From: Eubacteriales bacterium
GTDB taxonomy: Bacteria > Bacillota > Clostridia > Oscillospirales > UBA644
DNA: 64,000 bases
Assembly (NCBI GenBank): GCA_045637625.1
Contig: JAZTZU010000005.1
Location: 10,236-74,235, forward strand
Direction of reading: 5' to 3'
Made by a program: the position numbers and the translations under genes. Positions within the stretch are counted from its first letter, which is position 1; every line of letters begins with the position of its first letter. The notes under the pieces are model-generated. The model was not told the DNA's origin. It saw nothing but the letters and a program-made list of their open reading frames with translations, and made no database searches. This document shows positions 8,683 to 17,857 of the stretch, piece after piece.

Positions 8683-9825
8683 TTAACCCGTCTTTTTTGC
8701 CAGGAATTCAGCAACAGAAAGAGCTGTTTTATCAGCCATAAGCTCAGCTTCCTGCAAGCCAAGCATATTATTTGAGCAGATATAGAAAAAACCTCGCAGA
8801 GACTCGTCCTCATTTGAGCCGCAGGAGCATTCTTTCGGAAGAAGACAATCAAATTTCCCGAAGTCGGAAATTTTCAGGTCCTTGATCCCGAAGAACATGG
8901 AACGAAGCAGATTTTCCTCGTAACGGTACATATACTCATCGTAGGGAGCACCAAAATTCCGAAAAATACTGTCGGACCAAATAGTCATCAGAATTCGGTT
9001 TCTCTCGTCCGTTCGGAGTAAAACAGGGTTTTTCCGATCATCGGTAATAATACTGCCGCAGTACCACCCCGTAAACTCGGAAACAGGATCCGTTGTCAGA
9101 TAATAAACCGTTCTGCGTAAAAGTTTTTTCCGTGTCTCACCACAAAATTCAGAAGCGCCGCGGCAATCGACAACAGCCGAAGACAAAACAGAGCTCCCAT
9201 TCAAAGCCGACGATACAAAAACTCCGCTTTCAGGGTCACGGCTGACAGAAGAAATTTCCGTATTCTCATAAATTTCAACGCCGTTAAGAGAAAGAAAATC
9301 AGCGACTTTCTCACAGAATCTTACCGGATTATGCTGAGAGGCGGAGTTGGTCAGAATCCCCGAAGCGATATTGAAAGAATACATCTTCATAGCATCTTTC
9401 CATGTTAAAAATACACATTTCTCACCTGAAAAGAAGCGTTCTCTGTATTGCTCACGCATATTTTCAAAGGATTTTTTCGAGCCGTCTTCCGTAAAAAATA
9501 ACGCCTTAACATCCCGAAAAGTCCCGTCTGAAACTCTCTGAGCAATATCTCTCAGCCTGTCAGCAGAACCTTTGAAATCTTTATAAGCATCAAAACTTCC
9601 GACACCGCTCGGCGCTCCGTGGCTGAATATCACACCGCAATTATAAGCAGTCTTATGCGATGCCACAAGATATTTTTCTGCAAGAACCACCCTCAGCCCC
9701 CTTTCATGCAATTTATATGCGCAAAGAAGCCCCGAGGCACCACCACCGATAACAAGGACATCGCAAGTCGGACTTTCCGTCAATGCAGGAAATACTGTCC
9801 GCTTATCGGAAGAATAAATATTCAT
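8683..9825 (-). CDS. FAD-dependent oxidoreductase (DAO-like)
   Basis: N-terminal dinucleotide-binding fold DVLVIGGGASGLLCAYKLHERGLRVVLAEK. SD GGTGGTGA upstream. Confidence 0.8.
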   Translation of the reverse strand: MNIYSSDKRTVFPALTESPTCDVLVIGGGASGLLCAYKLHERGLRVVLAEKYLVASHKTAYNCGVIFSHGAPSGVGSFDAYKDFKGSADRLRDIAQRVSDGTFRDVKALFFTEDGSKKSFENMREQYRERFFSGEKCVFLTWKDAMKMYSFNIASGILTNSASQHNPVRFCEKVADFLSLNGVEIYENTEISSVSRDPESGVFVSSALNGSSVLSSAVVDCRGASEFCGETRKKLLRRTVYYLTTDPVSEFTGWYCGSIITDDRKNPVLLRTDERNRILMTIWSDSIFRNFGAPYDEYMYRYEENLLRSMFFGIKDLKISDFGKFDCLLPKECSCGSNEDESLRGFFYICSNNMLGLQEAELMADKTALSVAEFLAKKTG

Positions 9826-9891
9826 GAAATCACCACCGTTTTTCTTTTATTTTACTGCAAAAAAACGGTTTTCATACGAAAGGAACACAAA

Positions 9892-10551
9892 ATGAAATTA
9901 AAATTTTTTGCAATCATATGTGCTGTACTTCTGATATCCTCATGTGCAAAAAACCGGGAGATCAATAAATTTTTCCAGCTGAATTTCTACGAAGAAGAGA
10001 TAATACCTGCAACCACCTACATTGAACGGGGAGAAGTTGCAGCTATTGAGTTTTACGCCGCAGAACAGTTTTCGGGAATCGAGGTTTTGGCAGCAAAAGT
10101 TTCCGACGATGACACTCTGACCGTGACTCTCTACGAATTCAACACCGACTACGCGACAACCCTCAAAAGCGGAAAAAAAGTTGAAAGTGCGACATTCAGA
10201 GATTACGAGAGCCGTGATACATTGCTTTTATCATTCAGATCTGTGAATGCAGGCAAATATCTGCTGACATTTTCCACAAAGAACAGCGCCGGAATCTGTG
10301 TTGCAGCATACCCCTCCGCAGAAGCTGACGGAAATGTTAAATTCTACCTTAACGGAGAGGATTATACTTCGGGCGCATATTATTCAGCGGTAATTTTCAA
10401 CGGAATACGGCTCGACAAAGACTACTTCAAGCAGGAAGTTGTCCCTGTTGAACCTACCCCCGAAGAGCCGGAAAACAGCGAAGAACCAACTGAAATTCCC
10501 GAAGAAGATCCAACTGAATTGCCGGAAGACGAACCGAAAACCGTAAACTAA
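9892..10551 (+). CDS. Lipoprotein of unknown function with a Pro/Glu-rich C-terminal tail
   Basis: MKLKFFAIICAVLLISSCAK (lipobox ISSC). C-terminal PVEPTPEEPENSEEPTEIPEEDPTELPEDEP. The longer ORF from 9619 overlaps the minus-strand gene, so its extension is rejected. Confidence 0.65.
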   Translation: MKLKFFAIICAVLLISSCAKNREINKFFQLNFYEEEIIPATTYIERGEVAAIEFYAAEQFSGIEVLAAKVSDDDTLTVTLYEFNTDYATTLKSGKKVESATFRDYESRDTLLLSFRSVNAGKYLLTFSTKNSAGICVAAYPSAEADGNVKFYLNGEDYTSGAYYSAVIFNGIRLDKDYFKQEVVPVEPTPEEPENSEEPTEIPEEDPTELPEDEPKTVN

Positions 10552-10563
10552 AAGGAGAAAAAA

Positions 10564-10887
10564 ATGATCAAGATAGAAAAAACAGAGAGCGAAAAAAACA
10601 TCTTCCGTCTGGAAGCCATTGACACGGAAACAAATAAAACAGTAGGTTTTGCGGAGCTTAAAGGCACAGAAAAACCTGTTCCGGTATTCTACTGTAAAGT
10701 GGAAGAGCCTTACATGGGTAAAAAAATCGGTTCGGAAATGCTGAAAAAAGTGATTTCTTTCGCAAAAGAAAGCGGTCGCGAAGGAATTTTCGTGAGGTTT
10801 GACGGCAATGTCAGAGCAAAAATGATGCTCAAACGACAAGGCTTCCGCCTTTACACCACGGAAATTGCAATGCTTGACATAAAATAA
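10564..10887 (+). CDS. Small GNAT-like acetyltransferase-fold protein (tentative)
   Basis: 107 aa. MGKKIGSEMLKKVISFAKESG resembles the acetyl-CoA-binding Q/RxxGxG/A segment. SD AAGGAGA precedes the start, which is 12 nt after the previous stop. Confidence 0.4.
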   Translation: MIKIEKTESEKNIFRLEAIDTETNKTVGFAELKGTEKPVPVFYCKVEEPYMGKKIGSEMLKKVISFAKESGREGIFVRFDGNVRAKMMLKRQGFRLYTTEIAMLDIK

Positions 10888-10911
10888 TCAAACAAAGAAA
10901 GGATAATTACA

Positions 10912-11481
10912 ATGAAAAAAACAGTCAAAATAACCATCATCGCCCTTATAGCCGTGGTAATAGTCGCAGCAATAATCTACAGCATACCGCAGAAGATCAA
11001 TCGGGAGCTGACTGTATGTTCACTCGGTGGAGTCACAAAAGAAATCAGCATGGAACTTGTATTCCAAAGAAACCTTTTCCGTCCAAATGAGCTGAAAGGC
11101 AATATCACCGTTGACGGTCAAATGTATTGCAGTATTTACGGATACAAAAACAGCGACGGAGAATGGAAACGTATAGTGAGCCGCAGCCCTGCAGATCTTA
11201 TAAAGTTTTTTTCCGAATTGCATGAAAAATATATTTTGGGAGTAGACAATTCAAACAATGTAACTTTCTGGGTGGAAAAAGATGCTGAAAATATCTCCAA
11301 GCTGGAAAACAATGGTCGTATAGAGCTTTTCTCAAAAGACAAAAATTTCGATCAGGTAGCGGTCTGGATCTTCATTCCCGAAGAATACCCCGATTACATA
11401 GGCTACTACGGCCCTGCGGAAACAGCGGAAGAAGCGGAAGCTATTATGAATGAAATCTACGACGTAGCGGAAGAAGCTTAA
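10912..11481 (+). CDS. N-terminally membrane-anchored protein, unknown function
   Basis: Single N-terminal TM (ITIIALIAVVIVAAIIYSI). SD AAAGG. No motif recognised. Confidence 0.6.
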   Translation: MKKTVKITIIALIAVVIVAAIIYSIPQKINRELTVCSLGGVTKEISMELVFQRNLFRPNELKGNITVDGQMYCSIYGYKNSDGEWKRIVSRSPADLIKFFSELHEKYILGVDNSNNVTFWVEKDAENISKLENNGRIELFSKDKNFDQVAVWIFIPEEYPDYIGYYGPAETAEEAEAIMNEIYDVAEEA

Positions 11482-11498
11482 ATTCAAGGGGAACTGAA

Positions 11499-12635
11499 AT
11501 GAGAGCTTACGAAAGAATAAGTTTCAACCTTAAGCAAATAAAATTTAAAGAGAACAAGGAATTTCTTGATTCTCTTTTGGAAAAATACGGCTATAAATAC
11601 AAAAATATCGCCTTCGATTTCGCTCTTGGAAGTGAAAACGATTTCCAAAGGATAAACAAAAACTTTCCAGCCCTTATAAAGTACAAAATGACTCTTCCCT
11701 CGGACCCCAATATATCCGGTTCGGATCAAGAAACATATTTTTCAAGCGTACGTGACCTTAAAAACGGTGAAGATATTTTTGTTGACAGCGAAGACATTCC
11801 CCAATTCTGTGCATTGCTGAAAAAAATTCCAAACCCCATAAATTTCGGTTCTATGGAAGTAGTTCTTGACGGAATTGATTGGTACGGAGACGGTTCAGGT
11901 CATAAAGCAGGAAAACCAAAGCATAATTTCTTTGCCTTTGCGAAATATTTTAATAATACCATTCGATACATCAAACATTGGGATTCGGGGAATAAATATA
12001 ATATTATAGATTTCGTAATAGACAGAACTCTTTCCGATGAAGAAATCAGACCTTACCCCGAAGCATTTGAGAAAATGTTGGCGGAGCTTGGGAAACCTCT
12101 TTCAAAAAACATTGAATGTGTATTTGAAGAGGAAGAAAAAAGAGCATGGGAAGAAGCAAAAAAGCCGTTACAAAACAGAATCCTCCAAGAAGATTTTTCA
12201 GGACATTTTGAAAAATACAAAGAGAAATCTCAGAAACTCAACGCTGTCTCAAGACTTCTTGAAGGAGTTCAACCGGAAAACCTGTCGGGATTTTCACCCA
12301 AAAAAGGGTTCAATAAGGCGGCTAAAAAGTACGGTTTCAAATATAAAACCTGCGCTGACGGCTGTTATATCTATAAAAAAGTCAATGAAAACAATCATAC
12401 AATCACAGTAGAGCTGATAAAAGAACGTTGGTCTAAAATATTCGGTACAACATTCGTTTTAACCGGATGCAATTTCCATCATTACTACAAAAACTTGCCT
12501 CAGACCGAAATCAACGATGAAAACGAAGCGGAAGAATTTGCAGAAAGCTCATTCCTGGCAGCTCTGGAATTTGAAGAAAAGTACGCAGATGAAATGCTTA
12601 AAGCCTACGGAAAAACACCTAAATGGTATAAATAA
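11499..12635 (+). CDS. Hypothetical soluble protein, 378 aa
   Basis: SD AAGGGGA, 17 nt after the previous stop. Lys/Glu-rich central linker. No catalytic or binding motif recognised. Confidence 0.6.
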   Translation: MRAYERISFNLKQIKFKENKEFLDSLLEKYGYKYKNIAFDFALGSENDFQRINKNFPALIKYKMTLPSDPNISGSDQETYFSSVRDLKNGEDIFVDSEDIPQFCALLKKIPNPINFGSMEVVLDGIDWYGDGSGHKAGKPKHNFFAFAKYFNNTIRYIKHWDSGNKYNIIDFVIDRTLSDEEIRPYPEAFEKMLAELGKPLSKNIECVFEEEEKRAWEEAKKPLQNRILQEDFSGHFEKYKEKSQKLNAVSRLLEGVQPENLSGFSPKKGFNKAAKKYGFKYKTCADGCYIYKKVNENNHTITVELIKERWSKIFGTTFVLTGCNFHHYYKNLPQTEINDENEAEEFAESSFLAALEFEEKYADEMLKAYGKTPKWYK

Positions 12636-12723
12636 AGAAAGACCTTCCCAATGGGCTGTACTCTTAAGGACAGTTTTAATGGACGCGCTAAACTGACAGG
12701 CAAACAATGTTATAAGTATTTTT

Positions 12724-12764
12724 AAAATCGTTATATTTGCATTTTAACGATTTTATGATACAAT
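12724..12764 (+). promoter_or_regulatory. Promoter embedded in a 10-11-10 inverted repeat (operator candidate)
   Basis: AAAATCGTTA (12724-12733) and TAACGATTTT (12745-12754) flank the -35 TTGCAT (12737-12742). Extended -10 (TGa)TACAAT at 12759-12764. Confidence 0.5.
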
Positions 12765-12819
12765 TCAATTTAGATATAAAATCGATCGATAAACTTGAAT
12801 TTGATGCGGAGGAATATCA

Positions 12820-13206
12820 ATGACTAAGAAAACCAGAATAGAATATTTAGTTTGCACTTTAAGTGTTGCAGTGACAGGATTTGTTATTTATGGCTTGGTT
12901 GGAAGCATAGAGCCTCTTATTAACGAAAATAAATTACAATCATTCTTGCTCTTTGGTTGTTTAGGCGGTTTTGGATTTAGTGCCGTAGTTTCAACCATTA
13001 TTCTTTCGGTTGGTTTTTTTAAAAAACGCGGACTTATATTCAAAATAGTTGCATCTGTTTTGTGGCCTATTACATTTGCAGCTTGTGTATATGCTGGTAT
13101 ATTCTCTTATATTCCTTACCAAATATTTAATATCGCAAAACTCATATCTATGACGAAAGAGCAAAAGAAAGTCGCAAATTTGGAAAACTCTGATGAAAAT
13201 CAATAA
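12820..13206 (+). CDS. Small integral membrane protein (about 3 TM), unknown function
   Basis: SD GGAGGA. Three hydrophobic segments. A/T-ending codon usage. Confidence 0.6.
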   Translation: MTKKTRIEYLVCTLSVAVTGFVIYGLVGSIEPLINENKLQSFLLFGCLGGFGFSAVVSTIILSVGFFKKRGLIFKIVASVLWPITFAACVYAGIFSYIPYQIFNIAKLISMTKEQKKVANLENSDENQ

Positions 13207-13241
13207 ATTCCAATTTGTCGTGCAAACAACATAAAACCGAA

Positions 13242-13271
13242 GCCACGGATCAATGTGAGCCGTGGCTTTTT
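13242..13271 (+). terminator. Intrinsic terminator
   Basis: GCCACGG / CCGTGGC stem followed by TTTTT. Confidence 0.7.
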
Positions 13272-13311
13272 GTATGTCCTAAAAGTCTATCTGTTTTTCT
13301 TGACAAGCACT

Positions 13312-13331
13312 GCTTTTGTGGACACAAAAGC
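13312..13331. promoter_or_regulatory. 9-2-9 perfect palindrome, operator candidate
   Basis: GCTTTTGTG-GA-CACAAAAGC, about 70 nt upstream of the -35 of the XRE-gene promoter. Confidence 0.35.
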
Positions 13332-13402
13332 TATTTACTACGATTGGTTGATTGCTGTATGTTCTGTTCTCTGAAATGTAGAAATAATAAAATATCTCTC
13401 TA

Positions 13403-13431
13403 TTGACTCTACCGTTGGTTTCGTGTATAAT
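13403..13431 (+). promoter_or_regulatory. Sigma-A-type promoter of the tandem XRE genes
   Basis: TTGACT, 17 nt, TATAAT. Confidence 0.6.
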
Positions 13432-13477
13432 ATAGTCACAAGCTCCGGAACTTGAATTTTTTCGAGAGGTGAAAAAT

Positions 13478-14341
13478 ATGTACGAATGTAAGATTGCAGA
13501 AAAATTGGTGGAGCTCCGCACTTCAAAGGGAGTAACACAAGAAGATGTGGCACAAAGCCTATCTATTTCAAATAAAACGGTTTCCAAATGGGAGAACGGC
13601 GCTTCGACACCCGATCTTTCCATGCTCGTTGAGCTTTCAAAATATTACGGTGTCACCACCGACACCATTCTCGGACTTTCCGAGGACAAAAAGCAGAGCA
13701 CGGCAGAAGAAATCTGCGCGTTGTTTGAAGGACTTGATCGCCGTGAATCCGTGCTAAAAGCATTTGAGGCGACAAAGGCGCTTATTCCGGCTATGTATGG
13801 TACGGTTTCCCAATATAACGATGACGTTTATGACAGAGAAAACGTTTTTCCGTCTGAGATATCCCATTTTTACCGTTCTAACATTTCACTCCATGAATTT
13901 TTTGAGTTCGTAGCAAGCTCCGAAAATGTAAATGTAGCGGTAATGATGCTCCGCAACAAAGCTGATTTTGCATGGATGAACGATCCGAATAAGCAAAAAG
14001 AAATCGTTAAGATTTTTAAGTTCTTGTCGAATGAAGATGCAGTGTCCGTTCTTTATTATGTTCATTCTACCGCTTGCTCGGAAAGCTTCACGGCAGACTA
14101 TATTGCAAAGAATACGGGCGTAAAGGAGGAACGGGTTTCCGAAATCCTCGATGAATTCTGCTCTGTAGGAGCATGCCATTGGGTAACAGCGCACCTTTCC
14201 GAAGGAGAAGTAAGAGTTTATGAGTGCTTTGGAGACGGTCTTGTTCTATGCTTGATTTCCTTGGCATTTGAAAGAATGTGCGGCAGAGAGTCCTACGAAT
14301 ATAACTTCAACGGAAGATGTAAAATGATTGGAGGTAAGTAA
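13478..14341 (+). CDS. XRE-family HTH transcriptional regulator with a long C-terminal domain
   Basis: HTH_3 signature KIAEKLVELRTSKGVTQEDVAQSLSISNKTVSKWENG. SD GAGAGG 7 nt before the ATG at 13478. C-terminal 200 aa unassigned. Confidence 0.8.
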   Translation: MYECKIAEKLVELRTSKGVTQEDVAQSLSISNKTVSKWENGASTPDLSMLVELSKYYGVTTDTILGLSEDKKQSTAEEICALFEGLDRRESVLKAFEATKALIPAMYGTVSQYNDDVYDRENVFPSEISHFYRSNISLHEFFEFVASSENVNVAVMMLRNKADFAWMNDPNKQKEIVKIFKFLSNEDAVSVLYYVHSTACSESFTADYIAKNTGVKEERVSEILDEFCSVGACHWVTAHLSEGEVRVYECFGDGLVLCLISLAFERMCGRESYEYNFNGRCKMIGGK

Positions 14342-14342
14342 G

Positions 14343-15170
14343 ATGAGTTTATCGGCTAATATCAAAAGATTGCGTCTTGACAAGAATCTGACACAAGAGC
14401 AGCTTGCCACAAAGCTTGGCGTATCGGCGCAGGCGGTATCCAAGTGGGAAACAAGCGAAACCTATCCCGATGGCGCGCTTCTTATTCCTCTTGCTAATGA
14501 GCTTGAGGTATCTCTTGACGAGCTTTTTGGAAATAATTCTGTTTCTATGGCGGATATTTCGTCCAAAATCGTGAAGCTGATTCATAACACCGAGGCAAAA
14601 GAGAGGTTCAACGTTGCTCGCGATATCGGTTGGCAGATCGAGCGCGGTTTGTTTAACTGCCGTATGGAAATTGAAAAGAAGTATGACCCAAATGAAATCA
14701 GGAATCAGAAAAATGCATCCTACATTCTTGACGATAACGGATTTACAATCGTATCGAATGGAAAAGAGCCTTTCTTCTCCGTGTTTCCGCAACCGGAAGA
14801 GGGATACGGACATTTTTTGAACGACAAGGACGATCTGCAAAAAATCTTTGCTGCACTGTCTCATACGGATACAATGAACGCTTTGATCTATTTGTATCAT
14901 AAAGCGGAGAATTATGTTTTTGAGAGCGCAGTGCTCCAGCGAGATTGCGAGATCGCAAATGATCAGATCAACGCGGTAATAGATGATCTGTTGACGCTAA
15001 AGCTAATATGGAAACAGGAGCTTACAATTAACGGTGAAAAACGTGTTCTGTATTATTCTCGACCGAGCCACAAATTGCTTGCCGTATTGTTGATGGCAAG
15101 AGAGATTGGCTATAAGGGAGCATATAGTTTGCAGTCCCATATCAGAAATACTCCGTTTATTAAAGAATAA
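14343..15170 (+). CDS. XRE-family HTH transcriptional regulator, same architecture as its upstream neighbour
   Basis: NIKRLRLDKNLTQEQLATKLGVSAQAVSKWETS. SD GGAGGT. The ATG lies 1 nt after the upstream stop. Confidence 0.8.
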   Translation: MSLSANIKRLRLDKNLTQEQLATKLGVSAQAVSKWETSETYPDGALLIPLANELEVSLDELFGNNSVSMADISSKIVKLIHNTEAKERFNVARDIGWQIERGLFNCRMEIEKKYDPNEIRNQKNASYILDDNGFTIVSNGKEPFFSVFPQPEEGYGHFLNDKDDLQKIFAALSHTDTMNALIYLYHKAENYVFESAVLQRDCEIANDQINAVIDDLLTLKLIWKQELTINGEKRVLYYSRPSHKLLAVLLMAREIGYKGAYSLQSHIRNTPFIKE

Positions 15171-15294
15171 TGAACCACCGCCGAGAGTAACCGTTTGATC
15201 GCTCTCGCCGGTAATTTTATATATCTTATAAATCTGCTTTATCGCAGGTACGCCAACCGGAAGGTCTTTCTTCTATTTTTTATCAATTTTCGTA

Positions 15295-16047
15295 TTATAT
15301 AAGCAACATTACGGTAAAAACCGCAGATGCTATGAGCAAAATCGGAATTCTGAACGTAAATATTGGAACGCCCCTATGTTTCAAGGCTATCAAATTGGGA
15401 ATTTCATATCCCAATATCTGTATAATACATATCAACACAACAAAAATCAGCAGATATAGCAGTGAAAAGTAGGAAGCCAACAGGGAAACCGCAATTATTG
15501 AAAGAATTTGCTCTGATTTTCCATTATTTCTGTCAAAAATAAATTTAGGAATAAATATTACAGCAAATGCAAGCAGAAAGCCGAAAACTATGGAAAGCCC
15601 ATAATCTATGCCGTGAACGAAGCTGTAATACAAGACCCGACACAGCACACATGCTCCGACCAGGACATCAGAAACCAGCGGAACAAAACCGTTTTTCAGC
15701 TCGCACAAAACAGCGACAAAAATCGGAGGCGCAACAAACAGCAAGGAAATATCAAAACTGTCATTTGTAATCAGCACATAAAAAATATACGCCAGACCCA
15801 TTCCGCACAGAAAAACAGCCAGATACGCCCATCGGGATCTGATGAGCTGACAGCGTTCATTTTCACCGGAACCCAGCAAATCTTTTTCACTCAGTTTGTT
15901 ATAAAGAAACACCGATGAGAAAAACATCAAGCCCATCGGGACAACTATAAGTAAAGCTATGACCGCCTCAAGAAAAGGACTCCACGGCAACAATATCACC
16001 CAATTCAGAATTTTGAATAAGAAAAGTATACCACCAAAACCCGGCAT
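15295..16047 (-). CDS. Polytopic membrane protein, unknown function
   Basis: At least 7 hydrophobic segments. Start placed at the first ATG (MPGFGG); the ORF track begins two codons earlier at a TTG. Confidence 0.55.
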   Translation of the reverse strand: MPGFGGILFLFKILNWVILLPWSPFLEAVIALLIVVPMGLMFFSSVFLYNKLSEKDLLGSGENERCQLIRSRWAYLAVFLCGMGLAYIFYVLITNDSFDISLLFVAPPIFVAVLCELKNGFVPLVSDVLVGACVLCRVLYYSFVHGIDYGLSIVFGFLLAFAVIFIPKFIFDRNNGKSEQILSIIAVSLLASYFSLLYLLIFVVLICIIQILGYEIPNLIALKHRGVPIFTFRIPILLIASAVFTVMLLI

Positions 16048-16134
16048 TGTCAATATATTATTCCAAAATCTCGGATTTCAGACAAAAAATAATTAAATTT
16101 CAAAGAAAATTACACTTTAGACGAAATAAATCCC

Positions 16135-16163
16135 TTGCAAAATTTCGCGTATGGGTGTATAAT
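16135..16163 (+). promoter_or_regulatory. Sigma-A-type promoter of cysK
   Basis: TTGCAA, 17 nt, TATAAT. Confidence 0.55.
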
Positions 16164-16220
16164 ATATAGTGATATATTTTATTTTAAAATATCCGACATT
16201 TTAACATATAAGGTGATAGT

Positions 16221-17117
16221 ATGCACAGCAACATTCTTTCAACTATCGGAAACACTCCGATGGTAAAAATCAACAATCTATTAAAAAAGCCGGGCGTGGA
16301 GATCTTCGCAAAACTTGAAGGCTTCAACCCCACAGGAAGTATCAAAGACAGAATCGCACTTAAAATGATTGAACAGGCTGAAGCTGAAGGAAGACTCCAG
16401 AAGGGTAAAACAATTATCGAAGCGACCTCCGGCAACACAGGTATCGCTTTGGCAATGATCGGCAGAGTCAAAGGCTACGATGTTGAGATCGTTATGAGCA
16501 GCGCTGTTTCAATCGAACGTCAGAAAATGATAAAGGCTTTCGGCGGTAAAGTTGTTTTGACAGACCCCACAAAGGGTACTGACGGCGCGATCATAGAATG
16601 TAAAAGACGTGTGGCAGCTGAACCGGATAAATATTTCAACCCCGACCAATTTTCAAACGTTTACAACAAACTGGCTCACTACAAAACAACAGCAGAAGAG
16701 ATCTGGAGACAGGCAGACGGAAGTATCACTCACTTCGTTTCCGCTCTCGGCACATCAGGAACGATAATGGGTATCGGTATGGGCTTGAAAGAAAACGACC
16801 CGAGAATCAAAGTTGTTGAAGCCCAGCCCGTTAAAGGTCACTATATCCAGGGTCTCAAAAATATGGAAGAAGCTATTGTTCCTTCAATTTACGACCCCAG
16901 CTTTATTGACGAGCACATCATGATCGACACCGAAGAAGCATTTGAAGTTTGCAGAAGAATTGTCAGCGAAGAAGGTATATTCGTCGGAATGTCAAGCGGT
17001 GCGGCAATGCTCGCAGCTCTTAAAATAGCAGAGAGAATTGATAAAGGCCGAATCGTGGTTATTTTCCCCGACAGAGGCGAAAAGTACCTCAGCACAACGC
17101 TTTTCGATAAAAACTGA
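16221..17117 (+). CDS. cysK: Cysteine synthase (O-acetylserine sulfhydrylase), PLP-dependent
   Basis: NPTGSIKDRIALKMI (PLP lysine) and EATSGNTGIALAMIG. Confidence 0.9.
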   Translation: MHSNILSTIGNTPMVKINNLLKKPGVEIFAKLEGFNPTGSIKDRIALKMIEQAEAEGRLQKGKTIIEATSGNTGIALAMIGRVKGYDVEIVMSSAVSIERQKMIKAFGGKVVLTDPTKGTDGAIIECKRRVAAEPDKYFNPDQFSNVYNKLAHYKTTAEEIWRQADGSITHFVSALGTSGTIMGIGMGLKENDPRIKVVEAQPVKGHYIQGLKNMEEAIVPSIYDPSFIDEHIMIDTEEAFEVCRRIVSEEGIFVGMSSGAAMLAALKIAERIDKGRIVVIFPDRGEKYLSTTLFDKN

Positions 17118-17146
17118 TAAAAAAACTCGAAGGAGTGGGTATCAAA

Positions 17147-17545
17147 ATGAAAGAGAAATTATTTTCGACTATCCCATACCTCCTTCTTGCGCTGTTTTTC
17201 ACAGCAATATTAACTGTAAACAGTAAAACTCATGTATCGGAACCGGTATTCTCATACAAAACAACAGAAAATATCCCTGAAATATCGGCCGAAAACAATA
17301 ACATAATACCCGAAACAAACGAAAAAACCACGGATAAAACAGTATCCGAAAACCAAAACACACAGAACTCACAGATCATCGAAGAAAATACCTCGGAGTA
17401 CCCTTGTTTTTACACAAGAAACGGTACGAAATACCATCTCAAAGATGATTGCAGATATCTGAAAAACAGTTCAAAGATAATCAAAACTACAATAGAATTC
17501 GCAAAAGATCTTGGTCTTGAGCTCTGCTCAGGATGTCAGGACTGA
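17147..17545 (+). CDS. Membrane-anchored protein with a C-terminal Cys/His motif
   Basis: N-terminal TM. C-terminal GTKYHLKDDCRYL ... LELCSGCQ (YHxxxC ... CxxC). ATG at 17147 preferred over GTG at 17135 because SD GAAGGAG lies at 17129-17135. Confidence 0.55.
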   Translation: MKEKLFSTIPYLLLALFFTAILTVNSKTHVSEPVFSYKTTENIPEISAENNNIIPETNEKTTDKTVSENQNTQNSQIIEENTSEYPCFYTRNGTKYHLKDDCRYLKNSSKIIKTTIEFAKDLGLELCSGCQD

Positions 17546-17566
17546 TCAAGAAAGACGTGAAAAAAA

Positions 17567-17857
17567 ATGACAAGCAAACAAAGAGCATACCTCAAGAGCC
17601 TCGCAAACAGCATTGACCCTATCCTCCACATAGGAAAAGGCGGAATCAGCGATGCACTTGTAAAACAGGCAGATGACGCACTCGAAGCAAGAGAGCTCAT
17701 CAAACTCAAATGCCTCGAAAACAGCGAATACTCCCCCAAAGAAGCCGCAGAAGAAATTGCCGGACGCATTGGTGCAGATGTGGTATTTTCAATAGGAAGC
17801 AAAGCTGTGCTTTACAGAAAAGCAAAGAAAAATCCCAAAATTGAACTGCCCCGATGA
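17567..17857 (+). CDS. yhbY: Ribosome-assembly RNA-binding protein YhbY (CRM domain)
   Basis: KQRAYLKSLANSIDPILHIGKGGISDALVKQADDALEARELIKLK aligns closely with B. subtilis YqeI/YhbY as I recall it. Confidence 0.85.
   Translation: MTSKQRAYLKSLANSIDPILHIGKGGISDALVKQADDALEARELIKLKCLENSEYSPKEAAEEIAGRIGADVVFSIGSKAVLYRKAKKNPKIELPR

Noticed and set aside
9619-9891. N-terminal extension of the 9892 lipoprotein ORF (the track gives 9619-10551).
   Set aside because: The extension overlaps the 5' part of the minus-strand FAD oxidoreductase and has no SD. The ATG at 9892 gives a textbook lipoprotein signal peptide.
12037-12411. 124-aa Lys-rich ORF in an alternative frame of 11499-12635.
   Set aside because: It is fully nested in the longer ORF, has no SD, and its composition reflects the A-rich coding strand.
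15295-16047. Polytopic membrane protein considered as a prepilin (A24) peptidase.
   Set aside because: Neither catalytic Asp context (in particular the GxGD-type motif) is present, so it is left as unknown.
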